Notes under the pieces: generated by a model
The model's database searches: none
The model's input: only the letters and a program-made list of their open reading frames with translations
Told to the model about the DNA's origin: nothing
In this document: positions 1 to 9,274 of the stretch, in pieces
How positions within the stretch are numbered: position 1 is the first letter of the stretch
Layout: every line of letters starts with the position of its first letter
From: Methanobacteriota archaeon
GTDB lineage: Archaea > Halobacteriota > Bog-38 > Methanoflorentales > Methanoflorentaceae
Reading direction: 5' to 3'
NCBI GenBank assembly: GCA_963720465.1
Contig: OY970393.1
Location: 514,893 to 578,892 of the forward strand
DNA length: 64,000 bases
Made by a program: the position numbers and the translations under genes

Positions 1-441
1 GAGCGCCAGAGCGGTGCCCCACTGCCCGGCACCGGTCTCCGTCACGAGACCCTCGGTGCCATCAATCTTATTGTAGTACGCCTGGGCAATAGCCGTGTTG
101 GGCTTGTGCGATCCTGCAAACGAAACGTCTTCCCTCTTGTAATAAATCCGGGCAGGCGTTTTTAGATAGTCCTCAAGCCTCTTCGCTCGGTAAAGCGGCG
201 TAGGCCGCCCGACTCTCAAATACGCTTCAAAAACCTCATCTGGGATATCGATGTACCGGCTGGTAGACACTTCCTGTTTGACCAACGAACTCGAAAACAG
301 CGCAAGCATTTCGTCGAGTGTCGCGGGCTCTTGCGTGTGCGGGTTCAACGGAGGAGGCAGCTTTGCCGGCAGATCAGACTGAATATTGTACCAGCTTCTA
401 GGCATCTCGTCTTCGTCTAATAAAATCTTTAACTCGCTCAT
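1..441 (-). CDS. TrpB-like PLP-dependent enzyme (tryptophan synthase beta, TrpB2 type); N-terminal ~147 codons only, the rest lies beyond the window edge
   Basis: Own reverse-strand translation from ATG 441..439: [36 protein letters not shown]...[16 protein letters not shown]...[17 protein letters not shown]...TETGAGQWG. It shows the SHK PLP-lysine context, the GAGQWG loop and the TrpB2-type N-terminal extension. Not in the ORF track because it is open at the edge. Confidence 0.8.
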   Translation of the reverse strand, partial: MSELKILLDEDEMPRSWYNIQSDLPAKLPPPLNPHTQEPATLDEMLALFSSSLVKQEVSTSRYIDIPDEVFEAYLRVGRPTPLYRAKRLEDYLKTPARIYYKREDVSFAGSHKPNTAIAQAYYNKIDGTEGLVTETGAGQWGTALAL

Positions 442-609
442 GTTTATCACGATGTACTTTATTATACTTTAAAGATATTATTTATACTCTAATGTCTATT
501 CATCTCTTATATACTTTGCGCGGTAACCCTGCGCTTAAGGCGCATACCACGTTACGAGCAGCGCAGCTTCCATATTCCAGTATATAACTATAAAAACGTA
601 CAACGCGCA

Positions 610-1269
610 GTGACCAGCATGTTTAAGGATCGCATACAAGCAGGGTATGTACTGGCTGACTTGTTGGCACGATACGAAGGTCAAAGCGCAGTGGTCTTAG
701 CGATTCCGCGCGGCGGCGTTCAAGTCGCATTTCCTGTCGCTGTGCGTCTGCGCGCTCCACTCGATCTAGTTATACCACGGAAACTCCCGATTCCATCTAA
801 TACCGAAGCGGGGTTTGGGGCGATCACCGCTGATGGATCCATAGCTCTAAACGACGACCTCATCACCTATCTAGGATTGACGGACGCTGAAGTCGATGAG
901 ATTGCAACGCAGGTGCTGGCGGAAGTAAAGCGCCGCGAAACCAGATACCGAGGCGACAGGCCTTTCCTCGAGTTGACGGATCGCATCGCAATAGTCGTCG
1001 ACGATGGACTAGCTACCGGATATACGGCGCTTGCAGCAATAAATTATGTGAAAAAAAGAAAACCCAAACGGGTGATTTTGGCGGTGCCAGTTGCTTCGAA
1101 AGGCGCTGAAATGCTCGTCAAATCTCAAGTCGACGAATACGTTTGTCCGTTAACGAGCGATAAGCCATGGTTTGCCGTGGCAAGCTTTTATGAACGATTC
1201 TACGATTTGACTGACGAAGAAGTACTAACGTGCATAAAAAAGTACGAACTTGTTGCCGAAGGGTGGTGA
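610..1269 (+). CDS. phosphoribosyltransferase-family protein
   Basis: 219-aa ORF with AIPRGGV and the acidic PRPP-binding loop IVVDDGLATGYT. The ORF opens with GTG at 610; ATG at 619 is an alternative start. Confidence 0.7.
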   Translation: MTSMFKDRIQAGYVLADLLARYEGQSAVVLAIPRGGVQVAFPVAVRLRAPLDLVIPRKLPIPSNTEAGFGAITADGSIALNDDLITYLGLTDAEVDEIATQVLAEVKRRETRYRGDRPFLELTDRIAIVVDDGLATGYTALAAINYVKKRKPKRVILAVPVASKGAEMLVKSQVDEYVCPLTSDKPWFAVASFYERFYDLTDEEVLTCIKKYELVAEGW

Positions 1270-1275
1270 GGACTC

Positions 1276-3945
1276 CTACTTGTGCTTGATGATGATTGTC
1301 GCCTCGCGCAGTTCGATCACGTCGGCGGCGACACCTTCTATGGCACGCTCCTTTTTGATAACCAAATCTTCCAGGTCGAGCTGGATGCCCCCAATTGTCA
1401 CTGATCCCTTCTCGATTTGATCTGCGATCTCCTGAGCGGGTGTTTCGCGTATGAGCTGCACTATGTACTTCGCTTCCGACTTGAAACGCGGGCCCAGTGA
1501 GCCGAGATTGGGCCTAACTTCAGTGACCATTTCGTGGATATCTGGTTTTCCTCGTTTATACGTTACGTCCGCGTTGAGCGCATTGTCGATATCTGGCGCC
1601 CCATCCGCAAGGTCACAGTCCGTGTAGATGTAAACGCCCTCAATTCGGGAGTTCAGTGCAATGCGGTGTTCAGATTTCCACCGCCTGACGCTGCTAATGA
1701 TTTCTTTGATCAGCTCACCCTTGTGCCGCGCCTCTCTTACCGCTGAGGCTGATGCCGCAATAACGACGCTTTCGGAAGCGGCACTGAACGTGAATTCCGG
1801 TTTCCCTGCGATACTTTCCTGCAATTTTATGTTAAACTCAGGCCATGCCTGCAAGTGAACGCTTTCCGCGCCCGGGTTGACGTGCGAAAACAACTCTTCT
1901 GCAAAGAAGGGGCAAAAGGGCGCTAGCAGCTTCGCTATCGTGCCAAGGGCGAGATGCAAAGCGGCAATGCTGTAACGGTCTCGTTCATATAGTCTGCCTT
2001 TGGCGGCCTCTACGTAATGGTCCGCCAACGAGTTCCACACGAACGATCGGATATCCTTAAGAGCTTCGTCAAAGCTAAAATGATCCAAGCTCGAGGTGAC
2101 TGATTTTACCAGACCGGCAAGCTCATAGATTAGCCAGATTTCAGTCGAATTTTTCGGCTCATAAATGACTGGCTCCACGCCTTGACTTAGGTGTATCATC
2201 GCGAACCTGAAGACGTTCCACAGCTTCGTCAAAAACCGTGAAGAAGCCGTGAGATCTTTTGTGTTGTACGCGACGTCGGATCCGACTGAGCCGCCGATTG
2301 CCGCCCATTGTCGAACGGCGTCGGTTCCATACTGCTCTATTAAGCTCTCCGGAGCAATGATGTTGCCGAGCGACTTGCTCATTTTTTGGCTGTCTTCACC
2401 GAGTACCATTCCGTTGACGACGACGCACTCCCAGGGTTTGCTCCCCGCCAGGGCATCAGATCGCAGTATGGAATAAAACGCCCAGGTCCTAATGATATCG
2501 TGACCCTGAGGGCGCAATTGAGTGGGAAAATGCTCTCGATACGCGGCGTCGGGCCAGCCTGCAACGTTTAAGGCCGAGATCGACGAGTCCATCCACGTGT
2601 CAAGGACGTCATATTCGGGCGTGAAGCTCGACGAACCGCACGCACACGCGCTTCTCGGTGCTTCTTCAGTGGGGTCCAAAGGTAGCCAGCCTTCGTTGGC
2701 AACCAAAACGCGTCCGCACTCGTCACAGTACCATGCGGGGATGGGCGTGGCGAAAATGCGCTGACGCGAGATGCACCAGTCCCATTCGACGCTCTCTGTC
2801 CAATTCTGTAGCCGGTAAAATGCGTACGGGGGTATCCACTGAATTTCAGCCGCACGCTGGAGAATGACATCCTTATCGATCTTGACAAACCACTGGTTCT
2901 CTGAAAGAATCTCGATTGGGGTTTCGCATCTGTCGTGAATCCCGACGTTCTGCTCGATTTGTTCCTGTTTCGTCACGAGCTTATTTTCGAGAAGCTCTCC
3001 AATGATGCGCTCTTTTGCTTCACTGATGCTTACGCCGTTGTTCTTAGAGTCGGTGACGCGGCCATCCTTACCAATGACTTTTTTCAGCGGTAGGTTGTGC
3101 TTTTTCCACCATCGCACGTCCTGCTTGTCACCAAACGTACAGATCATCACGGCTCCCGTGCCAAATGCAGGATCGACTGCTTCGTCCCCTATAACCGGTA
3201 CCTCCTCGTCGTAGAGCGGCGTTCGAATTCTCTTGCCGATCAGACGTTCGTGCCGTTCGTCGTTCGGGTTTACGGCGATAGCGACGCAGGCGCCCAAGAG
3301 CTCGGGGCGCGTAGTTGCTATCTGCACCGATTCTGCGTCGCCCCCATTGAAAATGACGTAATAGAGAACCGTTGACCTCGAATCGTAATTTACCTCGGCA
3401 AATGCGATGGCGGTTTCACATCGAGGACACCAGTTCACAGGATGGTCGCTTTTATAAATGCGGTCGCCGCGGTACATTCGCACGAACGATTTCTGCGTCT
3501 TTTCAAAGTAGGCAGGGTCCATGGTAACGAACTCTTGCGACCAGTCTATTGAAAAAGCGAGTCGCTGCATCGTCCCTTTCATCAAAGCTATGTTCTCCCT
3601 CGTCAAGCTTTCACAAAGTCCTCTGAACTCGTAGCGTGGGATCTGATTTTTTGTTACGTTGTAGGTAGTTTCGACCTTCACCTCTGTAGGCAGTCCGTGA
3701 CAATCCCATCCCTGGGGAAACATCACGTCGAAGCCCTTCATGCGCTTGTATCGTGCGACAAAATCGATATAGCACCAGTTGAGGGCGTTTCCTAAATGAA
3801 AATTACCCGTCGGATATGGCGGAGGCGTATCGATTATGAAACTGTCTGCGCCGGGTTTTCCGCGATACCGATACATGTCCGCATTCCACGTAGTAAGCCA
3901 TTTCGACTCGATATACTCGTGCTCGTAGTTCTTCGGTATGGACAT
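1276..3945 (-). CDS. valS: valine--tRNA ligase (class I aminoacyl-tRNA synthetase)
   Basis: 889-aa ORF. HIGH-type motif PPPYPTGNFHLGNAL, KMSKS motif (KMSKSLGN), editing-domain-like middle part, and the archaeal ValRS-like stretch QGHDIIRTWAFYSILRS. Length fits archaeal ValRS. Confidence 0.85.
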   Translation of the reverse strand: MSIPKNYEHEYIESKWLTTWNADMYRYRGKPGADSFIIDTPPPYPTGNFHLGNALNWCYIDFVARYKRMKGFDVMFPQGWDCHGLPTEVKVETTYNVTKNQIPRYEFRGLCESLTRENIALMKGTMQRLAFSIDWSQEFVTMDPAYFEKTQKSFVRMYRGDRIYKSDHPVNWCPRCETAIAFAEVNYDSRSTVLYYVIFNGGDAESVQIATTRPELLGACVAIAVNPNDERHERLIGKRIRTPLYDEEVPVIGDEAVDPAFGTGAVMICTFGDKQDVRWWKKHNLPLKKVIGKDGRVTDSKNNGVSISEAKERIIGELLENKLVTKQEQIEQNVGIHDRCETPIEILSENQWFVKIDKDVILQRAAEIQWIPPYAFYRLQNWTESVEWDWCISRQRIFATPIPAWYCDECGRVLVANEGWLPLDPTEEAPRSACACGSSSFTPEYDVLDTWMDSSISALNVAGWPDAAYREHFPTQLRPQGHDIIRTWAFYSILRSDALAGSKPWECVVVNGMVLGEDSQKMSKSLGNIIAPESLIEQYGTDAVRQWAAIGGSVGSDVAYNTKDLTASSRFLTKLWNVFRFAMIHLSQGVEPVIYEPKNSTEIWLIYELAGLVKSVTSSLDHFSFDEALKDIRSFVWNSLADHYVEAAKGRLYERDRYSIAALHLALGTIAKLLAPFCPFFAEELFSHVNPGAESVHLQAWPEFNIKLQESIAGKPEFTFSAASESVVIAASASAVREARHKGELIKEIISSVRRWKSEHRIALNSRIEGVYIYTDCDLADGAPDIDNALNADVTYKRGKPDIHEMVTEVRPNLGSLGPRFKSEAKYIVQLIRETPAQEIADQIEKGSVTIGGIQLDLEDLVIKKERAIEGVAADVIELREATIIIKHK

Positions 3946-3951
3946 GCTCCC

Positions 3952-4713
3952 TCACACGTGTGGCTTCAGACAGTTCGTAGTTGATGACTTCTCGTCTTGC
4001 TCACTAATAACGTTGTTTGAAAGGGTTCCTATGCCGGTAATGTCTACATCGACGGAATCGCCAGCTCTGAGTTGTCCCACACCTGCGGGCGTGCCGGTAG
4101 TGATCACGTCCCCCACTTCAAGGGTCATCATGCGTGATATAAATCTGACCAGATAGTCTACGTCAAATATGAGCTCTTTTGTGTTTGAGCTCTGCCGCTG
4201 GCGGCCGTTGACACGTGTCACGATGCGGGCGTTTCGAGGATCCAGCTCGCTCGCGATAAACGGTCCGAGAGGCGCAAATGTGTCAAAGCTTTTCGAGCGC
4301 GTCCACTGACCGTCCTCGATCTGAAGGTCTCTAGCGGTCACGTCATTGAGGCACGTATAGCCCAGTACGACGCGCTTCGAATCCTCTACGTTTACGCATC
4401 TCTCGCCAATAACGACAGCCAGCTCTCCCTCAAAGTCCACCCGAGAACTAATAGTGGGATGCACGATGCTTTCTCCTGGGCCAATCACGCTCGTGGACGG
4501 TTTGAGAAATATAGTGGGCTGTTCCGGGACCTGGGTTCCAAGTTCTCGCGCGTGGTCGGTGTAGTTCAAACCGACACCCACAATCTTGCTAGGACACGTA
4601 GGCGCGAGCACTCGTAACTCAGACAACTCGTAGGTGCTCCCGTTACCATGCACGCGCGTTCCTTCCACAGTCCCCAAAAATGTCTCATCGTGGAGCTTGA
4701 ACCGACCGATCAC
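3952..4713 (-). CDS. fumarylacetoacetate hydrolase (FAH) family protein
   Basis: FAH-family core PSKIVGVGLNYTDHARELG...DFEGELAVVIG...LNDVTARDLQ. The track ORF runs to 4860, but GTG at 4713 (MIGRFKLHDE...) overlaps the stop of the upstream gene as GTGA, which is the more plausible start. Confidence 0.7.
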   Translation of the reverse strand: MIGRFKLHDETFLGTVEGTRVHGNGSTYELSELRVLAPTCPSKIVGVGLNYTDHARELGTQVPEQPTIFLKPSTSVIGPGESIVHPTISSRVDFEGELAVVIGERCVNVEDSKRVVLGYTCLNDVTARDLQIEDGQWTRSKSFDTFAPLGPFIASELDPRNARIVTRVNGRQRQSSNTKELIFDVDYLVRFISRMMTLEVGDVITTGTPAGVGQLRAGDSVDVDITGIGTLSNNVISEQDEKSSTTNCLKPHV

Positions 4714-5459
4714 AAATTCACCTTTCTGCCCGTCGTATCGCGCATATATGCCCCAAAATCGCCCTCTTGTAGCTGCGCTCCTGCAAAAACGGGACCGTCT
4801 GAGCACACGCGCAGACCTGAAGGATCTGTGCAGCATGAGCCACACAACCCTACGCCGCACTTAATGTATCGGTGCAAGCTGAACTGACTCGGCACCCCGG
4901 CAACCGTTGCGTGGTCTAACACTTTGCGCATCATCTTTTCAGGGCCGCACGACATTATTTCGTTGTAGCCTTGAATCCTATCCAGCAAATCGATGGTCGG
5001 GCCTTTATGGCCAGCAGAGCCATCATCGGTAGTTATCCAGAGCGATCCAGCGCTCTTGAATCGCTCAAGGAATAACAGCTCCTCCTCTGTTTTGGCGCCG
5101 AGAATAGTTATAACATTGTTTTTTAACGACTCAGCCAGTGGCGCCAGTGGGGCAGCGCCTACACCTCCGGCCATAAGCAGCACAGGCGGCTTGGTCACGC
5201 GGAACCCATTTCCGAAAGGGCCTCTGACACCAAATGTGCCACCGACGCGCAGCGCGCACATCGCCGCCGTGGCATCACCAACCTCTCTAACGGTGATGCC
5301 GTTTGCGTACGACAGACTCATCGGTATCTCGTCGACGCCTCGAATCCATACCATAACGTACTGCCCAGGAACAAAACGAAAGGAGTGATCGAAAAAGAAG
5401 GTTTTGACGTCTCTTGATTCAGTTTTGATGTCTGTAATCTCTACATTTCTGACATACAT
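4710..5459 (-). CDS. PyrK-like ferredoxin-NAD(P) reductase-fold electron-transfer subunit (dihydroorotate dehydrogenase B electron-transfer subunit family)
   Basis: 249 aa. FAD/NAD-binding fold motifs (PGQYVMVW, EIPMS, LLMAGGVGAAPL) and a C-terminal 2Fe-2S cysteine cluster KCGVGLCGSCC...C. No pyrD is adjacent. Confidence 0.65.
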   Translation of the reverse strand: MYVRNVEITDIKTESRDVKTFFFDHSFRFVPGQYVMVWIRGVDEIPMSLSYANGITVREVGDATAAMCALRVGGTFGVRGPFGNGFRVTKPPVLLMAGGVGAAPLAPLAESLKNNVITILGAKTEEELLFLERFKSAGSLWITTDDGSAGHKGPTIDLLDRIQGYNEIMSCGPEKMMRKVLDHATVAGVPSQFSLHRYIKCGVGLCGSCCTDPSGLRVCSDGPVFAGAQLQEGDFGAYMRDTTGRKVNL

Positions 5460-5772
5460 CGTCCATAAAAGGACGTGATCCGTATTTTAAGTTTCTCCCG
5501 ACTCGATGTGCCGCCGCCTATCCACTGCTCGGCGTCCTCAAAACGTTCGAGTCGCGTCCAAGTAACAATAACGCCGTACCAATCAGCAGAGGGGGGCAAC
5601 AATACCCTAAAAAAACGCGCTCCCCTGTGTGGGATCAATGTGCGAAAGAGTTTTGTAGTGGCAGACGGCGGCCGTCTGCAAGCAAGCGCGTAGCGCTGAT
5701 TCGACTGAACTACGCTCAGCAATACAGTTAAGTCTCAAAAAGGGCAACGAGCATGCGAATAGGGACTGCGAC

Positions 5773-6678
5773 ATGGAGCACAACGCTGAGGTTATCGGGT
5801 TTGGAGCGCTGAACTGCGACAGAATTTGCCGAGTGGATGACTTGGCGCTCCCGGAGCGAGAGATCGGCGTGATCTCGGCCAGCAGGCAGCCAGGCGGCTC
5901 TGCAGCGAACACCATCGTCGGACTCGCTCGCTTAGGCGTCAAAACTGGATTTCTCGGAACAGTAGGCAGTGACAGAGAAGGATCAGAGTTGTTGGACGAT
6001 TTGCGGCGTGAAGGCGTTGATGTGCACGGTATCACGATATCAGAGGGAGATACTGGCTCAGCGTTAATATTCGTCGATTCGCGCGGAGAAAGAGCTATCT
6101 ATGTCCTCCCAAGCGTAAACGATGCATTCTTCGCCGCAAATCACGATTATGCTCTGCAGGCTGAAATATTGCACGTCAGTTCCTTTATGGGTATTGATCA
6201 ATTCCGAATGCAAATCTCGTACGTTCGCCAGCTACGTGGGTCGCGAACAAAAGTATCGTTCAGCCCGGGTAGCATTTATGCGAAGCTCGGACTGGACCAA
6301 CTAAAACCACTAATTGAACGTACGTTCACACTCTTTCTCAACAAAGAAGAAGCGCAACAATTGACCGGATCAGAACGTGTCGAAGACGCAGCGACTCTCC
6401 TCGACTTCGGACCAAACATCATTGCCGTTACTCTCGGCGATGCTGGATCGTACGTGGCAACGCGAAGCGAGAGCTTCTATGTCGCTCCCTACGAATCTCA
6501 GATAACTGACACCGTCGGGGCAGGAGACGCGTTCGCGGCAGGGTTCCTGTACGGGCAGCTGACCGGCAAGGGCCTGCACGAGTCGGGCCGCTATGGCAAC
6601 TTCATGGCGTCAAAATCTGTCGCGCAGCTTGGCGGGAGAAAGGGCCTTCTGCGTGACCTTAGAGAATTACGCGGCTGA
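5773..6678 (+). CDS. PfkB-family carbohydrate/nucleoside kinase
   Basis: 301 aa. N-terminal GGSAANTIVGLARLG and the C-terminal PfkB signature DTVGAGDAFAAGFLYG. Confidence 0.75.
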   Translation: MEHNAEVIGFGALNCDRICRVDDLALPEREIGVISASRQPGGSAANTIVGLARLGVKTGFLGTVGSDREGSELLDDLRREGVDVHGITISEGDTGSALIFVDSRGERAIYVLPSVNDAFFAANHDYALQAEILHVSSFMGIDQFRMQISYVRQLRGSRTKVSFSPGSIYAKLGLDQLKPLIERTFTLFLNKEEAQQLTGSERVEDAATLLDFGPNIIAVTLGDAGSYVATRSESFYVAPYESQITDTVGAGDAFAAGFLYGQLTGKGLHESGRYGNFMASKSVAQLGGRKGLLRDLRELRG

Positions 6679-6818
6679 CGAAACGCACGAAACACACGCG
6701 TGCTCGGTCGCGCCAGCGACGCGACGGTGGCAGCCAGATGTGGTTAAAAACGGCGCTCTACAAGCGCCAGAGCGCCTTTTTAGCTTCCTAATTTTAAAAA
6801 AACCTAATTCGAGTCCTT

Positions 6819-7088
6819 CTATTTTCCTACGGTTATTTCGATCGCCGAGACGTTTGTGTTACCGGTCTCGGTGCTAAGACTCTCGGTAGAGGTCTCTATT
6901 CTTTTCGTCGTGACGTCTGAGAGGAAGCGGTTTATCGCAATCTGTTCTACGTCAACCGCCCGCGAAATAGCTCTTCCCCGAGCTTTAATCAAGACCTCGT
7001 CGGCTCCATTGTTAAACTGCGTTACCACGGCTAGCACGTAATTCATTACAGGTTTGTTGCCTACGTAGATTATGTTGTCGTCTGTCAT
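6819..7088 (-). CDS. albA: Alba DNA/RNA-binding chromatin protein
   Basis: [50 protein letters not shown]... is a typical Alba sequence. I take the start at the internal ATG (7088), not the track start at 7127. Confidence 0.8.
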   Translation of the reverse strand: MTDDNIIYVGNKPVMNYVLAVVTQFNNGADEVLIKARGRAISRAVDVEQIAINRFLSDVTTKRIETSTESLSTETGNTNVSAIEITVGK

Positions 7089-7192
7089 ACTGTGCCTCCC
7101 TTGAGGATCTAACAGACACAAAAGCACTATGATAGATAAAACTTTCTAACTAAATTTGGTATGCTTCAAGCAAAAAATGCCTAAATTGGTCA

Positions 7193-7996
7193 CTATTCGA
7201 CGAACGGCTTCATCTTTACGGCGTCTTGTTCGAGCAGTGGTGATTCACAGATTATGGTAGCGTCGCAAGCATCTTCTTTGAGCGCGCTGGCCAGTAGCCT
7301 AAACTGAGCGAGGTCGACGGGCAGATGCCGGCGCTCGTTTCCCTTCGAAAACTCAATTCCAGAGAAGTGGCTGTGCAGATGACTGTGGTCACTGAACAGA
7401 GCCCGAAGGACGCGCGCGTAGTCTTCAACGGTGTGCAAGCACCCATTGCACCTTGCGTGCAAATGTGCAAAATCAATAACTGGACGTATATCTGGCAGCT
7501 CCTGATGCAGCATTTGCAACTCTTCAACAGTTCCAAACTGGCTTTGCCGGCCTAGGAGTTCGACACCGAGCTGCGTCCGCACAATGCCGCGGTCTCGCAT
7601 ATACTCCAGCAAACGTACGCACGCGTCTTTGACTAGCTCGTACGTCTCATCTTTGGTATACTTCTTCGTATAGTATGCCGAATGAAAAACGACGATGCGT
7701 GCTCCAAGCGCGTGCCCCCTGTCAAGAGAGAGCATTATGCGATTCATGCTGTCTGCGATGATCTGCGGATCTTCTGAAGCAAGGTTTATCATGTAGGGAG
7801 CATGGACTGAGAGATCGATCTTGGCCTTGCGCGCGACGTCGCCGACCTCTACCGCTGTTTCCTCTTTCATTGAAACACGCCTGACAAACTGAACCTCAAG
7901 CGCGTCAAGTCCAATGCGAGAGAGGTACTCGATGCCCTGTGCCGTACTCTTTCCTTTGAGCGCTAAGGGCACGCCTGCGATTCCGACCTTGATCAT
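7193..7996 (-). CDS. nfo: endonuclease IV-like AP endonuclease (xylose isomerase-like TIM barrel)
   Basis: Motifs LDALEVQF, VHAPYMINLAS, VVFHSAYY and IDFAHLHA match the metal-ligand blocks of the Nfo family. ATG at 7996 (MIKVGIAG...) is preferred over GTG at 8008. Confidence 0.65.
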   Translation of the reverse strand: MIKVGIAGVPLALKGKSTAQGIEYLSRIGLDALEVQFVRRVSMKEETAVEVGDVARKAKIDLSVHAPYMINLASEDPQIIADSMNRIMLSLDRGHALGARIVVFHSAYYTKKYTKDETYELVKDACVRLLEYMRDRGIVRTQLGVELLGRQSQFGTVEELQMLHQELPDIRPVIDFAHLHARCNGCLHTVEDYARVLRALFSDHSHLHSHFSGIEFSKGNERRHLPVDLAQFRLLASALKEDACDATIICESPLLEQDAVKMKPFVE

Positions 7997-8124
7997 CGAC
8001 GTATACACGCACTGATCGTCTATAACGCTGACGACCTCTCAAAGCACCTGCGCTTTGGGGGCTGTCGAACTACTGTTCAAACGAAAGTTAGAAGTTTAAA
8101 GAGCTCCAGTGTGTTTTAGATATC

Positions 8125-8313
8125 ATGGACGAAATTGACACGGCGGCAGAGAAACCCTTGCAGTTTAAAAAAATAAACGAGGTTTCAATGAGCATTGGAA
8201 CGGTAATAATCAGCGTACGAAGCACTGATGAGTCTCTCGACAAGGTGCGAGACACTACGTTTGAAATCTTGGGAAAGGTGCAAGGAAAAAACGCATTGGA
8301 ACATAATTACTGA
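8125..8313 (+). CDS. hypothetical small protein
   Basis: 62-aa ORF in an otherwise empty intergenic space, divergent from nfo. No recognisable motif. Confidence 0.25.
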   Translation: MDEIDTAAEKPLQFKKINEVSMSIGTVIISVRSTDESLDKVRDTTFEILGKVQGKNALEHNY

Positions 8314-8384
8314 ACGGACGCAACGCCTATGTTTGTGGCCACGACCGCTTATTTGCAGCGACCTAGTGAAGGGGCTCGACACCG

Positions 8385-8714
8385 ATGGAGCTAAGAACGA
8401 AAGCGGAGCTTGAAAAGACGCTACGCGGAGTTAATGAGTTGTATGCGTCGCTCGATGGCACCTTAGACCGATCGCTGACTGAACCATATATCGATGCGAA
8501 TCAGTACGTGAAACAATACAACCGCTATCGCAACGAGTTGTTTTCGCTGCTTCCAAACGAAGACGTTGCAGATATTCTGACGGAAATGTCCCTTTATGTA
8601 TATACCGGCGACGACCAGACAGACGTCGCAAACGTGAAACAGCAGCTAGTTGAAGTATACCTCAAAACCTCGCAGCTGATGGCGTATCTTCAAAATCAGC
8701 TCGAACTCGGTTGA
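8385..8714 (+). CDS. hypothetical helical protein
   Basis: 109-aa ORF with a coding-like, heptad-rich composition. No family recognised. Confidence 0.4.
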   Translation: MELRTKAELEKTLRGVNELYASLDGTLDRSLTEPYIDANQYVKQYNRYRNELFSLLPNEDVADILTEMSLYVYTGDDQTDVANVKQQLVEVYLKTSQLMAYLQNQLELG

Positions 8715-8756
8715 GGCCCCACAGCGTAGGAGCGAACGGCCTTTCCGTGATATCGA

Positions 8757-8892
8757 CGCCGGGGTTGGGATTTGAACCCAAGCGATGCGTCCTCTACAAA
8801 AGCCCAGCAGGCTTCTTTATGCAAGGCATCAACAGGTCTCGAGCCTGCCGCGTTGGGACTCGTAACCGATTAGTCCGCTCTGCCACCCCGGC
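8757..8892 (-). tRNA. class II tRNA gene, most likely tRNA-Ser(CGA), carrying about 50 nt of inserted (intron-like) sequence
   Basis: Reverse strand reads GCCGGGG TG GCA GAGCGGACTAA...GCAGG CTCGAGA CCTGT...TTGGG TTCAAAT CCCAA CCCCGGC G. It has a perfect 7-bp acceptor stem, a perfect T arm with TTCAAAT loop, a discriminator G, a Ser-like D-loop GAGCGGACTAA, and a 7-nt loop with U33 and anticodon CGA. It is 136 nt long versus ~86 nt expected. No encoded CCA. Confidence 0.8.
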
Positions 8893-8943
8893 ACGTGCCG
8901 ACACGCGTGTTTCTTATATCAAAACTCCTATAAAACTTATTGG

Positions 8944-9156
8944 ATGCCAAAAAATGACCCCTGTGTCACCGTTTGCCTAAACGGGCAAGAAAACGTGGTC
9001 AACATTGCCGCTGGGGCAAACTATGAACAACTGTTACTTGAGCTCAAGCTGAATCCTGAAGAAGTCTTGATTTTCGTAGACAATGAGCCCGTGCCGTTCG
9101 ATGAGCAGGTGCGACCCGGAACCGTGCGCGTGCTAAAAGTCGTATCCGGTGGTTGA
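8944..9156 (+). CDS. MoaD/ThiS-family ubiquitin-like beta-grasp protein (SAMP-like) with C-terminal Gly-Gly
   Basis: 70 aa ending ...VRVLKVVSGG directly before the stop. Size and the diglycine terminus are characteristic of ThiS/MoaD/SAMP proteins. Confidence 0.7.
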   Translation: MPKNDPCVTVCLNGQENVVNIAAGANYEQLLLELKLNPEEVLIFVDNEPVPFDEQVRPGTVRVLKVVSGG

Positions 9157-9274
9157 TCAGTACCGTTCACGCCCTCGCGCCAGTTTCTATTTTCTCCGTC
9201 CAGGACGGATGATGGTAGCGGAGTGCCCCGGGAAAGGGGATTGCACCCCAAGGGCTAGCGACTGCAGTTGAGTC

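Noticed and set aside
8711-8980. 89-aa plus-strand track ORF
   Set aside because: It runs antisense through the tRNA gene (8757..8892) and into the SAMP gene start. The tRNA explains the sequence conservation-like features, and the ORF has no protein-like motif.
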